Assembly: GCA_035250245.1 (NCBI GenBank) | Contig: DATFFH010000019.1 | Location: 14,167 to 78,166, forward strand | DNA from: Luteimonas sp. | Lineage (GTDB): Bacteria; Pseudomonadota; Gammaproteobacteria; Xanthomonadales; Xanthomonadaceae | Length of the DNA stretch: 64,000 bases | Direction of reading: 5' to 3' | In this document: in pieces, positions 32,730-41,731 of the stretch | Numbering within the stretch: position 1 is the first letter of the stretch | Layout: every line of letters starts with the position of its first letter | The notes under the pieces: model-generated | The model's database searches: none | The model's input: the letters and a program-made list of their open reading frames with translations, nothing else | What the model was told of the DNA's origin: nothing | Program-made: the position numbers and the translations under genes

Positions 32730-34051
32730 GGATTTGCGGGCGCTTGCACCGGATTCGCGCGCCGGCCCGGCCACAGCATGAACCCGACGGTGATCGCGAT
32801 CAGCAACCAGCAGTAGTGCGCCTTGCCGATCAACGCGATCGGCGACAGATGCGCCAGCGACGCCGCCAGCAGGATCTGCGCGCCGTACGGCAGCAGGCTC
32901 TGCACGGCGCAGGCGAAGATGTCGAGTAGGCTGGCCGAGCGCGCCGGCGGCACGCCATGACGCTGGGCAATGTCGCGCGCCAGGCTGCCGCTGATCAGCA
33001 GAGCGACGGTGTTGTTGGCGGTGAACACGTCGGTGGCCGAAGCCAGCGCGGCGATGCTCCATTCGCCGCTGCGCCGGCCCGTGTTGCCGCGTGCCAGCCG
33101 CGAAATCTGGCGCGCGATCCATTCCAAGCCGCCACTCGCCTTGGTCAACGCGCCCAGGCCGCCGATCAGCAGCGCCAGCAGCATCACTTCGAACACGCTT
33201 TCGAAACCGTCGTAAGCCGCTTCGGCGTAAGCGGCGGTATCGAAGTCGGCGACCATGCCGTAGCCGAACGCGCCGGCCACCACCAGGCCGATGCTCAGCA
33301 CCACCAGCACGTCCCAACCGATCACCGCCAACACCAGCACCAGCACGTACGGCAGCACCAGCCACGGCGAGACCTGGTCGTAGCTTTCCACCGGCGACGC
33401 TTCGCCCAGATAAGCCAGCACGCCGAGCGTCAACAGCGCCGCTGGCAGCGCGATCTTGGCGTTTTCGCGGAACTTGTCGCGCATCGAACTGCCTTGCGTG
33501 CGCGCGGCGGCGATGGCGGTGTCCGAAATCACCGACAGGTTGTCGCCGAACGTCGCGCCGCCCAGCACGGCGCCGATCACCAGCGCGCGGTCCAGGCCCG
33601 ACGCTTCGGATACGCCCAGCGCGATCGGCGCGACCGCCGCGATCGTGCCCATCGAGGTGCCGATCGCCAGCGACAGGAAGCCGGCGACCAGGAACAGGCC
33701 GGGCAGGATCAGCGCCGGCGGCAGCGCGCCGATGCCCAGCGACACCACCGCATCGACCGCGCCGATCGCCTTGGTCACGTAGGCGAACGCGCCGGCCAAC
33801 AGGAAGATCAGGCACATCTGGATGATGTTCGCGTCGCCGATGCCGGCGTACAGCGTGTCCATGGCCTTGATGCCGCGCCGATGCGCGATCCACAACGCCA
33901 AAGCCAGCGCCGGCAGGATCGCCACCGGCGCGCGCAGTTGGTAGAAGCCCATTTCCTGGCCCTGCGCCGTGTAGTACAGGCCGGCGCCGAAGAACAGGGC
34001 CAGGAACAGCAGCAAGGGGGTCAGCGCGGAGGCGCTGGAACGCTTTTCCAT
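32726..34051 (-). CDS. NhaC-family transporter (MetT-like, putative methionine uptake)
   Basis: IGTSMGT, FGDNLSVISDT.IAA.RTQG, ANNTVA, LLPYGAQ; about 12 TM helices. Confidence 0.82.
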   Translation of the reverse strand: MEKRSSASALTPLLLFLALFFGAGLYYTAQGQEMGFYQLRAPVAILPALALALWIAHRRGIKAMDTLYAGIGDANIIQMCLIFLLAGAFAYVTKAIGAVDAVVSLGIGALPPALILPGLFLVAGFLSLAIGTSMGTIAAVAPIALGVSEASGLDRALVIGAVLGGATFGDNLSVISDTAIAAARTQGSSMRDKFRENAKIALPAALLTLGVLAYLGEASPVESYDQVSPWLVLPYVLVLVLAVIGWDVLVVLSIGLVVAGAFGYGMVADFDTAAYAEAAYDGFESVFEVMLLALLIGGLGALTKASGGLEWIARQISRLARGNTGRRSGEWSIAALASATDVFTANNTVALLISGSLARDIAQRHGVPPARSASLLDIFACAVQSLLPYGAQILLAASLAHLSPIALIGKAHYCWLLIAITVGFMLWPGRRANPVQAPANP

Positions 34052-34175
34052 CTCTTCATGCGGATATAAGGATTCGATCGATTGTGCAGTGCAGCAAGCC
34101 GCCTGTCCAGCGACCCGGATGGAACGGCGGTGCGGGCCGGTGGAACGATGGCGCGTCGCGAGCCTCGATCCCTAG

Positions 34176-34230
34176 CTTCGCCGAACCCTCATCCGGCGCT
34201 TCGCGCCACCTTCTCCCGGTGGGAGAAGGG
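34176..34230. repeat. Single REP of the GGGAGAAGG/GGATGAGGG family
   Basis: CCCTCATCCGGCGCTTCGCGCCACCTTCTCCCGGTGGGAGAAGG. Confidence 0.8.
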
Positions 34231-34367
34231 AAACAAAAAGAGCCCACGAATGACTTCGGGATCTGGCCGGTTCCTGGCCGAAGGCAGGCCAAACCGCTCG
34301 CGATTGCCACGGGCGGACCGATCGGATCGAACCCATGCTTTCCGATCCCCGCAAAACCTTCGCTCCC

Positions 34368-35039
34368 ATGTCCCGAACGATCGCTTCGCCCTTACCCGCG
34401 CGCCGAGAAACCGCCGCCGACCTAGTCCCGCGCCTGCTGCGAGTGGCTTGGCTCGGCGTGCTGCTCGGGCTGGCTATCGAACTGCTGGTGCTGCTCGCGC
34501 TTGGTCTAGCCGGCAAATTGCCGCCGCTGCTCACCATCGCCGCCGACACCGCGCAGAAAGTGACTTGGTCGACCTTGGTTTGCGCGGCCTTGGCCGCGGC
34601 GCAGACGCTGGTCCGGGTGCAGGCCCTGGGCATGGCCGCGGCGGGCCTATTGGGCGCGCCGATCGCACTATTGCTGGCCCGCTCCGTGCACAAAGCGGTG
34701 AATGCCGCCCTCGACGCCGCGCCGGCTGCACAAGCGGCGACGCCCTGGGTCCTGGCTGGATTGAAAGGCGCGGAATACGCCTTGCTGGGCCTGTTGCTGA
34801 TCCAACTGGCGAAGCGATCGCGCGGCTTGGGCGCGCACGTCGCGACCGGCGCAGGTCTGGGCACGGCCTTCTTCGGCGCGCTGAGCTGGCTGATGCCGCT
34901 GGACGGTTTCCAGCCGCAGTTGATGCGTGCGATCAACGAAATCCTGCACCCCACGGGTTGCGCCCTAGTGATTTACTTCGGGACGCAATTCGGTTCGCGG
35001 CTGGGTGCGCGCAAGGACGAAATCGCCGACGATAGTTGA
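34368..35039 (+). CDS. Hypothetical membrane protein
   Basis: Open frame with 5-6 hydrophobic segments; family not recognised; start uncertain (34335 or 34368). Confidence 0.6.
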   Translation: MSRTIASPLPARRETAADLVPRLLRVAWLGVLLGLAIELLVLLALGLAGKLPPLLTIAADTAQKVTWSTLVCAALAAAQTLVRVQALGMAAAGLLGAPIALLLARSVHKAVNAALDAAPAAQAATPWVLAGLKGAEYALLGLLLIQLAKRSRGLGAHVATGAGLGTAFFGALSWLMPLDGFQPQLMRAINEILHPTGCALVIYFGTQFGSRLGARKDEIADDS

Positions 35040-35069
35040 ACCGTCGCGGACGCATCGGAGGCGCAAGAC

Positions 35070-35486
35070 ATGGACAAACGTTACTGGCTGATTTGCGCGC
35101 TGGCGGGCAGCCTGGCCGCCTGCGCGACGACGCCGCTGCCGCCGATTCCGCAAGCCGGCACCGCCTGCAGCGAACGGCGGCTCGACAAGATGCTGTTCGG
35201 CATGAACAGCCCGGACGGGCCGGTCGACGAAACGCGGTGGCAGGCCTTCCTGGCCGATACCGTCACGCCGCGTTTCCCGGACGGATTGACGGTCTACCGC
35301 ACGCAGGGCCAATGGCGCGGCGCGAGCGGCCAAGTGGAACGAGAAGATTCGCGCGCAGTCGAGATCCTGCACGGCGACGATGCGGATGGACGCAAGCGCA
35401 TCGCGGAGATTTCCGCAGAATACAAGCGCCGCTTCAAACAGGAAGCGGTGCTGGTGATCAGCACCCGCGCCCAAGCCTGCCTTTGA
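35070..35486 (+). CDS. DUF3574-family lipoprotein
   Basis: LAAC lipobox; LFG, WQAFL...VTPRFPDGLTV, GQW, YK.RF.QEAV. Confidence 0.82.
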   Translation: MDKRYWLICALAGSLAACATTPLPPIPQAGTACSERRLDKMLFGMNSPDGPVDETRWQAFLADTVTPRFPDGLTVYRTQGQWRGASGQVEREDSRAVEILHGDDADGRKRIAEISAEYKRRFKQEAVLVISTRAQACL

Positions 35487-35541
35487 TTCGGCCGCGGCCG
35501 CCGTCGATTCGCCCGGCGGCGACACCGCCGCCTCGGCTTTT

Positions 35542-35629
35542 GTAGAGTCGAGCTTGCTCGACTGCTTTTCGTTCCGAGGCGAGATTCTCGCCGTGGGAGA
35601 AAGAGCAGTCGAGCAAGGCTCGACTCTAC
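35542..35629. repeat. GTAG-type REP doublet (GTAGAGTCGAGCTTGCTCGACTG)
   Basis: Same family at 47497-47567, 53686-53757, 63545-63615. Confidence 0.85.
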
Positions 35630-35663
35630 GAAAAGCGGCGAAATCCGCCGCGCGCGAGGCGGA

Positions 35664-36677
35664 TCAGAGCCGGCCGGCGATGGCTTTGGCGAACGACATC
35701 GTATTGCCCTCGCCGCCCAGATCCGGCGTCAGCGAGTCCTTGGCTTCCAGCGTGGCCACAATGGCTGCGCGCAAACGTTCGCCCTGCTCCGGCTTGTCCA
35801 GATGATCGAGCATCTGGCCCACCGCCAGCAGCAGCGCGCAAGGATTGGCGATGCCTTTGCCGGCGATGTCCGGCGCCGAGCCGTGCACGGCTTCGAAGAT
35901 CGCCGCGTCCGCGCCGATGTTCGCGCCCGGGGCCAGGCCCAGGCCGCCGACCAAGCCGGCGCACAAGTCGGAAATGATGTCGCCGAACAGGTTGGTGGTG
36001 ACGATGATGTCGAACTGCTCGGGCTTCATCACCAACTGCATGCAGCAGTTGTCCACGATCATCTCGTTGCACTGGATCTCGGGATATTGCGCCGCGACTT
36101 CGCGCGCCACTTTCAGGAACAGACCCGAAGTCGATTTCAGGATGTTGGCCTTGTGCACCACCGTGACTTTCTTGCGGCCGGTAGCGCGCGCCAGATCGAA
36201 AGCGTAGCGGACGATGCGCTCGGAGCCCTTGCGGGTGACCTTCTGGGTCAGCGTGGCGATCTGGCCGTCTTCGGACGTCATCTGGCCTTCGCCGATGTAG
36301 GCGCCTTCGGTGTTCTCGCGCACCGTGATCAGGTCCACGCCCGAGGGGAAGCGCGACTTGGTGTTCGGGAACGACTTGGCCGGACGCACGTTGGCGTACA
36401 GGTCGAAACGCTTGCGCAGTTCGACGTTGATCGAACTGAAGCCCTCGCCGACCGGCGTGGTGAGCGGACTCTTCAGTGCGACGCGGTTGCGGCGGATCGA
36501 ATCCATGGTCGCGGCGGGCAGCAATTCGCCGTGCTTTTCCAGCGCAGCCAGACCGGCGTCGGCTTCCTCGTACTGCAAGCCGAGCTTCATCGCATCGAGC
36601 ACGTACAAGGCGGCGTCCATGATCTCCGGGCCGATGCCGTCGCCACGGATGACCGTGATGGTCTGGTTCTGAGTCAT
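35664..36677 (-). CDS. Isocitrate dehydrogenase, short NAD-type (IDH/IMDH family)
   Basis: GDGIGPEI, RENTEG.Y, VHKANI, NLFGDI.SDL, FEAVHGSAPDIAGK. Confidence 0.9.
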   Translation of the reverse strand: MTQNQTITVIRGDGIGPEIMDAALYVLDAMKLGLQYEEADAGLAALEKHGELLPAATMDSIRRNRVALKSPLTTPVGEGFSSINVELRKRFDLYANVRPAKSFPNTKSRFPSGVDLITVRENTEGAYIGEGQMTSEDGQIATLTQKVTRKGSERIVRYAFDLARATGRKKVTVVHKANILKSTSGLFLKVAREVAAQYPEIQCNEMIVDNCCMQLVMKPEQFDIIVTTNLFGDIISDLCAGLVGGLGLAPGANIGADAAIFEAVHGSAPDIAGKGIANPCALLLAVGQMLDHLDKPEQGERLRAAIVATLEAKDSLTPDLGGEGNTMSFAKAIAGRL

Positions 36678-36810
36678 AAGGATTCCAAGCGGCAGGGCGC
36701 CGCGCATCGCGCGGAGCCGGGGAAAGTTAGCCGGAAATTATGCCGGAAAAGGCTTACATTTTCAGCTTCGGGGCTGCTACGCGGGTCCGACAACGGAGAA
36801 CCTCAGCCGT

Positions 36811-36914
36811 TCCCCCTTTGAAAAAGGGGGACTAAGGGGGATTTGCTTTTGGCCCTGACGCCGCGACTGCGACGACACGTAAATCCCCCTCTCTCCCCCT
36901 TTTTCAAAGGGGGA
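36811..36914. repeat. REP doublet of the CCCCCTTTGAAAAAGGGGG family
   Basis: Matches 12528-12635. Confidence 0.85.
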
Positions 36915-36930
36915 GGTCCTCCAGGAGGAA

Positions 36931-37326
36931 TCAGTCGTGATCGTGACCGAGTGGAGCTGAGGCCTCGCCCTGCTCCAGCCGATCCAGGAAATCCACCGCG
37001 CGGCGCAAATGCGGGATCACGATGCTCCCGCCCACCACCAGCCCGACCGAGAACGCCTCGAACATTTCGTCGCGGTTCACTCCGGCTTCCTTGCATTGCG
37101 CAACGTGGTAGCTGATGCAATCGTCGCAGCGCAACACCAAGGACGCGACCAGTCCCAGCAGCTCCTTGGTCTTCACGTCCAGCGCGCCGGCCTGGTAGGT
37201 CTGCGTATCCAAGGCGAAGAAACGCCGCACCACCTGGTTCGGTTCGGCCAGGATGCGTTCGTTCATGCGCTTGCGGAACGCGGTGAATTCGGCGACGCGG
37301 TCGTTTTCGCTCGAATCCGCGCTCAT
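36931..37326 (-). CDS. Carboxymuconolactone decarboxylase / AhpD-family protein
   Basis: GALDVKTKELLGLVAS.VLRCDDCISYH. Confidence 0.85.
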   Translation of the reverse strand: MSADSSENDRVAEFTAFRKRMNERILAEPNQVVRRFFALDTQTYQAGALDVKTKELLGLVASLVLRCDDCISYHVAQCKEAGVNRDEMFEAFSVGLVVGGSIVIPHLRRAVDFLDRLEQGEASAPLGHDHD

Positions 37327-37595
37327 TCGGCGGCTCCGGCCAGCAATGGCTCGAGCTTGCCGGCACGATGCAGCGCCATCATGTCGTCGTAACCGCCGAC
37401 GTGGGTCTGGCCGATGAATATCTGCGGCACGGTGGTGCGCCGGGTCAGGGTCATCATCTTTTCGCGCTGGGCCGGGTCGGTGTCGATCCGCACTTCGTTC
37501 CAGCTCAGGCCCTTGCTCTTCAGGAAATTCTTGGCGGCCACGCAATAGGCGCAGATGGCCGAGGTGTAGACGGTGATTTCGGGCTGCTGGCTCAA
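37323..37595 (-). CDS. grxC: Glutaredoxin 3-like
   Basis: CAYC, TVPQIFIG..HVGGYDD. Confidence 0.88.
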   Translation of the reverse strand: MSQQPEITVYTSAICAYCVAAKNFLKSKGLSWNEVRIDTDPAQREKMMTLTRRTTVPQIFIGQTHVGGYDDMMALHRAGKLEPLLAGAAE

Positions 37596-37764
37596 GGGAA
37601 CTCCGCTGAAACTTATCCGGTGGGTCTGCGGTCAATATGGGTCGCGCGACCGCGGTTTTCCACCCCTGCCGCCGCCGCGCGTAGGATTAACCCCCGATTC
37701 ATGCCGCCGCCGCCGGCGCCCGGCATCCTGCTGCACACTGTGTTGCGCCATCGTGGAGTTCGCT

Positions 37765-39411
37765 TTGCGTCGCACCCTGTCTCTCACCGCCGCTTTCACC
37801 TTCTTCCTGGCCGCCGGCCTGGCGCCTGCGCAGGAATCGCGCCTGCCGGACATCGGCTCGTCCGCGGGCGAAGTGATCAGTCCGGCGGAACAGGCCGAAT
37901 ACGGCGCGATGACGCTCGCCCAGCTGCGCCATTTCGACTACGTGCTGGAAGATCCGCTGATCGACGGCTGGCTGCAGTCGATGGGCAACCGTCTGGCAGC
38001 CTCCAGCGAAACGCCCAAGCAGCCGTTCACCTTCTTCATGCTGCGCGATCGGCAGATCAACGCGTTCGCCACGCTCGGCGGCTACATCGGCGTCAACGCC
38101 GGCCTGGTGCTGACCGCGCGGAGCGAGGACGAAGTCGCCGGTGTGCTTTCGCACGAGATCGCGCACGTCACCCAGGCGCACGTGCTGCGCGCGGTCGAGC
38201 GCGCGAAGAAAGACAGCATCCCGATCCTGCTGGCGATGCTGGGCGCGATCGCGGTCGCGCAGGCCAGCGGCGGCAATTCCAGCGACGATGCGACCATGGC
38301 CGCGGTGATGTCGGCGCAGGGCCTGATCGCGCAGCGCCAGATCGACTACACCCGCAGCAACGAAGCCGAAGCCGACCGCATCGGCATCCGCACGCTGTCG
38401 CGCAGCGGCTACGACCCAGAAGGCATGGCCTCGTTCTTCGAGCGCATGCAGGCCGCCAGCCGCGGCAATCAGGGCGGCGATCGCGATCGCGCTCCCGACT
38501 ACCTGCTCACCCACCCGGTCACTTCGCTACGCATCACCGAAGCGCGCGACCGGGCGGCCAAGCTGCCCAAACCCGTCGTGGCCAGCGCCGACGCCGGCAG
38601 GATCAGCAACAATCCGCTCCTGCCCGGCAGCCTGCGCCTGCCGACCACGCAGGCGCGCGGCGCCACCGGACAGTTCGACTGGGCGCGCGAACGGCTGCGC
38701 GCCTTTAGCGCCAATACGCCGGCGGCGGCGATCGCCGAATACGAGCGTATCGGCCGCGGCCAGAGCAACGGCCTCAACGATGCGCAGCGCTACGGCCTGG
38801 CCGTGGCCCGGCTCGAGGCCGGCCAAGGCGCAGGCGCGGCCTCCGAGTTGGCGCCGCTGTTGGCCAAGCATCCCGGCGATCTGTGGATCACCTTGGCGCT
38901 GGCCGAAGCCGAGGCGCGGGGCGGCAACGGCGCCGCTGCGGACAAGCGTTTCGAAGCCTTGGTCGACTCCCTTCCCAGCAACCGGGCCGTGGCCCTGACT
39001 TATGCCAAGGTGCTGGGCGAGCGCAACACGCCGGCTGCGGGCAAGCGCGCGCAGGCCATTCTGCGGCCGCTGTTGGCGCGTTCGGCCGAAGATCCGCTGT
39101 TCCAGCAGACCTTCGCCCGCGCCAGCGAAATCGCCGGCGATTCCGTCCGCGCGGGCGAGGCCTATGCCGAAGCCGCCTATCTCAACGGCCGTCCGGAACA
39201 GGCCCTGATCCAGCTCAACACCCTGAAAAAGCGCGCCGACCTGGACTACTACGCCCGGGCCCGGATCGACGCCCGGATCGCCGCGATCACGCCCACCGTG
39301 CTGGAACTGCGCCGGCAGGGGGTGAAGGACGAGGTGCTCAACCGTAGGCTCGACGCCTCCGACGGCAAGCGCGACCGCACCCGCGAAGGTTTCGACGCTT
39401 CGTACCGGTAG
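37765..39411 (+). CDS. bepA: M48 metalloprotease with TPR domain (BepA/YfgC-like)
   Basis: Signal peptide, QINAFA..GG, HEIAH zinc motif, EAEADRIG, LLTHP; TTG start after GGAG (inferred). Confidence 0.85.
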   Translation: MRRTLSLTAAFTFFLAAGLAPAQESRLPDIGSSAGEVISPAEQAEYGAMTLAQLRHFDYVLEDPLIDGWLQSMGNRLAASSETPKQPFTFFMLRDRQINAFATLGGYIGVNAGLVLTARSEDEVAGVLSHEIAHVTQAHVLRAVERAKKDSIPILLAMLGAIAVAQASGGNSSDDATMAAVMSAQGLIAQRQIDYTRSNEAEADRIGIRTLSRSGYDPEGMASFFERMQAASRGNQGGDRDRAPDYLLTHPVTSLRITEARDRAAKLPKPVVASADAGRISNNPLLPGSLRLPTTQARGATGQFDWARERLRAFSANTPAAAIAEYERIGRGQSNGLNDAQRYGLAVARLEAGQGAGAASELAPLLAKHPGDLWITLALAEAEARGGNGAAADKRFEALVDSLPSNRAVALTYAKVLGERNTPAAGKRAQAILRPLLARSAEDPLFQQTFARASEIAGDSVRAGEAYAEAAYLNGRPEQALIQLNTLKKRADLDYYARARIDARIAAITPTVLELRRQGVKDEVLNRRLDASDGKRDRTREGFDASYR

Positions 39412-39534
39412 GGTGGGCCTTGGCCCACCATTGCCTGTCGGCGCCCGCGAACAACCGTCGAAACTGGGGCCCAGACCTCGCCCATTGCCTGTCGAGGCGG
39501 CGAAATGGCGATGGTGGGCCAAGGCCCATCCTAC
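39408..39534. repeat. GTAG-type REP doublet overlapping the bepA stop
   Basis: GTAGGGTGGGCCTTGGCCCACC ... GGTGGGCCAAGGCCCATCCTAC. Confidence 0.85.
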
Positions 39535-39546
39535 GCCCTTGTAACA

Positions 39547-39575
39547 TGGTCATGAGACCGTCATAAAACCGTAGT
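39547..39575 (+). promoter_or_regulatory. Pho box upstream of phoB
   Basis: TGGTCAT-GAGA-CCGTCAT-AAAA-CCGTAGT: 11-bp-period repeats resembling CTGTCAT. Confidence 0.7.
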
Positions 39576-39626
39576 CTACTGGCGCCGCCCCCATCGCCAA
39601 GGACGCCCGCGGGCGCCCGGACCACC

Positions 39627-40331
39627 ATGCAGAAGAAAATCCTGATCGTCGACGACGAGCCCGCCATCCGCGACATGGTCGCCTTCGCCCTGCGCAAGGG
39701 CGAGTTCGACCCCATCCACGCCGGCGACGCGCGCGAAGCGCAGTCGGCGATCGCCGATCACGTGCCCGACCTGATCCTGCTCGACTGGATGCTGCCCGGC
39801 ACCAGCGGACTGGAACTCGCGCGGCGCTGGCGCAAGGATCCGCTGACTCGCGAGATCCCGATCATCATGCTGACCGCGCGCGGCGAGGAAAACGACCGCG
39901 TCGGCGGCCTGGAAGCCGGCGTCGACGATTACGTGGTGAAACCTTTTTCGGCACGCGAACTGCTGGCGCGGATCCGCGCCGTGATGCGCCGCTCGCGCGA
40001 GGACGACGAAGACGGCAGCGTCGCGATCGGCGCCCTGCGCATCGATGGCGCCGCGCATCGCGTATTCGCCGAAAACGGCGGCGGTGCGCCTTCGCCGGTG
40101 CCGATCGGGCCCACCGAATACCGGCTGCTGCATTTCTTCATGACCCATCCCGAACGCGTCTACACCCGTTCGCAGTTGCTCGACCATGTGTGGGGCGGCA
40201 GCGTGTACGTGGAGGAGCGCACCGTGGACGTGCACATCCGCCGCCTGCGCAAAACTCTGGAACCGCATCAGCTCGACGGCATGGTGCAAACCGTGCGCGG
40301 CGCCGGCTACCGATTCTCGGCGGCGCTGTGA
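39627..40331 (+). CDS. phoB: Phosphate regulon response regulator
   Basis: ILLDWMLPG, IIMLTARGEE.D, GPTEYRLL, VYVEERTVDVHIRRLRK. Confidence 0.96.
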   Translation: MQKKILIVDDEPAIRDMVAFALRKGEFDPIHAGDAREAQSAIADHVPDLILLDWMLPGTSGLELARRWRKDPLTREIPIIMLTARGEENDRVGGLEAGVDDYVVKPFSARELLARIRAVMRRSREDDEDGSVAIGALRIDGAAHRVFAENGGGAPSPVPIGPTEYRLLHFFMTHPERVYTRSQLLDHVWGGSVYVEERTVDVHIRRLRKTLEPHQLDGMVQTVRGAGYRFSAAL

Positions 40332-40396
40332 GCGCCGGCGGGATCGGCGAAGCGGCACGCGAATAACCTTTCCCCTTTCCCTGCCACAATCCACGC

Positions 40397-41731
40397 ATGC
40401 CGCCCCGCGCCCAAAACGCCTGGTTCCGTACTCTCGGCGCCCTGATTGCCGTCCTCGGCGCGGCGACTTTGCTGGGCCTGGCGATCGGCCACGTCTGGCC
40501 GGTGCTCACCATCGCCGCGCTGGGCATCGTCGCCTGGCATTACTGGAAACTGCGCGACGTGCTGCTGCGGCTCACCGCACGCCAGCGCCTGGCGCCGCCC
40601 AAGGGCGAAGGCATCTGGAACGAACTCGACCGCCTGCTGCATCGCGGCCAGGCCGAGATGCGCGGACGCAAGCGGCGCTTGTTGGACATGCTGCGCGCGT
40701 ATCGCGCCGCGGCCGCCGCGCTGCCCGACGCGGTGGTGGTGGTCGAACGCAACAGTCAGCGCGTGCAATGGTTCAACGAAGCGGCGACGGCGCTGCTGGG
40801 CCTGCAATACCCGCACGACATCGGTTCGCCGATCGGCCAACGCCTGCACAACCTGCCGATCTCGCGCTGGCTGGCCGCCGGCCGCAACGCCGAACCGCTG
40901 ATGGACGCACCCTCGCCGGTCAACGCCGAAACGAGGATCAGCCTGCGTTTGATTCCCTATTCCGAAGAGCTGTGGCTGCTGGTTGCGCGCGACGTCAGCA
41001 AGCTGATGCGGTTGGAACAGGTCCGCCGCGACTTCGTCGCAAACGTCTCGCATGAACTGCGCACTCCGCTGACCGTCGTCCACGGCTATCTGGAGATGCT
41101 GGACCCGTCCGAGAAACCCGAATGGGCGCCGATGCTGGCCGAAATGCAGCGCCAGTCCCAGCGCATGACCCAGTTGGTCGAGGATCTGCTGACATTGTCA
41201 CGATTGGAGGCGCAGGATCGGCTTCCCGACGAGAGCGTGGCGATGGCGCCGATGATGACCACCCTCAAGCGCGAAGCCGAGGCGCTGAGCCAGCAGCGCC
41301 ATCACATCGTGGTCGAGGACAACGCCCAATTGGATGTGTGGGGTTCGACCAAGGAACTGCACAGCGCGTTCTCCAACCTGGTCGCCAACGCGGTCCGCTA
41401 CACCCCGGCCGGCGGCAGCATCGGCATCCGCTTCGAGCGCGACGGCGAAGGCGCCGTGCTACGGGTCAGCGATACCGGCTACGGCATCCCGGCCGCGCAT
41501 TTGCCGCGCATCACCGAACGCTTCTACCGCGTCTCCACCAGCCGCACCCGCGAAAGCGGCGGCACCGGGCTGGGGCTTTCGATCGTCAAACACGTGTTGA
41601 ACCTGCACCAGGCCCGGCTCGAGATCCAGAGCGAAGTCGGCCGCGGCAGCACCTTCTCCTGCCACTTCGGCGCCGAGCGCGTGCATGCGCGCGACCGCGT
41701 CTCCCAACCCATATTGGCTACCGGCAAATGA
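40397..41731 (+). CDS. phoR: Phosphate regulon sensor kinase
   Basis: PAS, FVANVSHELRTPLT, NLVANAVRY, GGTGLGL. Confidence 0.95.
   Translation: MPPRAQNAWFRTLGALIAVLGAATLLGLAIGHVWPVLTIAALGIVAWHYWKLRDVLLRLTARQRLAPPKGEGIWNELDRLLHRGQAEMRGRKRRLLDMLRAYRAAAAALPDAVVVVERNSQRVQWFNEAATALLGLQYPHDIGSPIGQRLHNLPISRWLAAGRNAEPLMDAPSPVNAETRISLRLIPYSEELWLLVARDVSKLMRLEQVRRDFVANVSHELRTPLTVVHGYLEMLDPSEKPEWAPMLAEMQRQSQRMTQLVEDLLTLSRLEAQDRLPDESVAMAPMMTTLKREAEALSQQRHHIVVEDNAQLDVWGSTKELHSAFSNLVANAVRYTPAGGSIGIRFERDGEGAVLRVSDTGYGIPAAHLPRITERFYRVSTSRTRESGGTGLGLSIVKHVLNLHQARLEIQSEVGRGSTFSCHFGAERVHARDRVSQPILATGK

Noticed and set aside
34085-34140. SAM-I-like GCAAGCC...GGTGC on the plus strand
   Set aside because: Wrong strand for the transporter and lacks the P1/P2 and AAUUCC elements.
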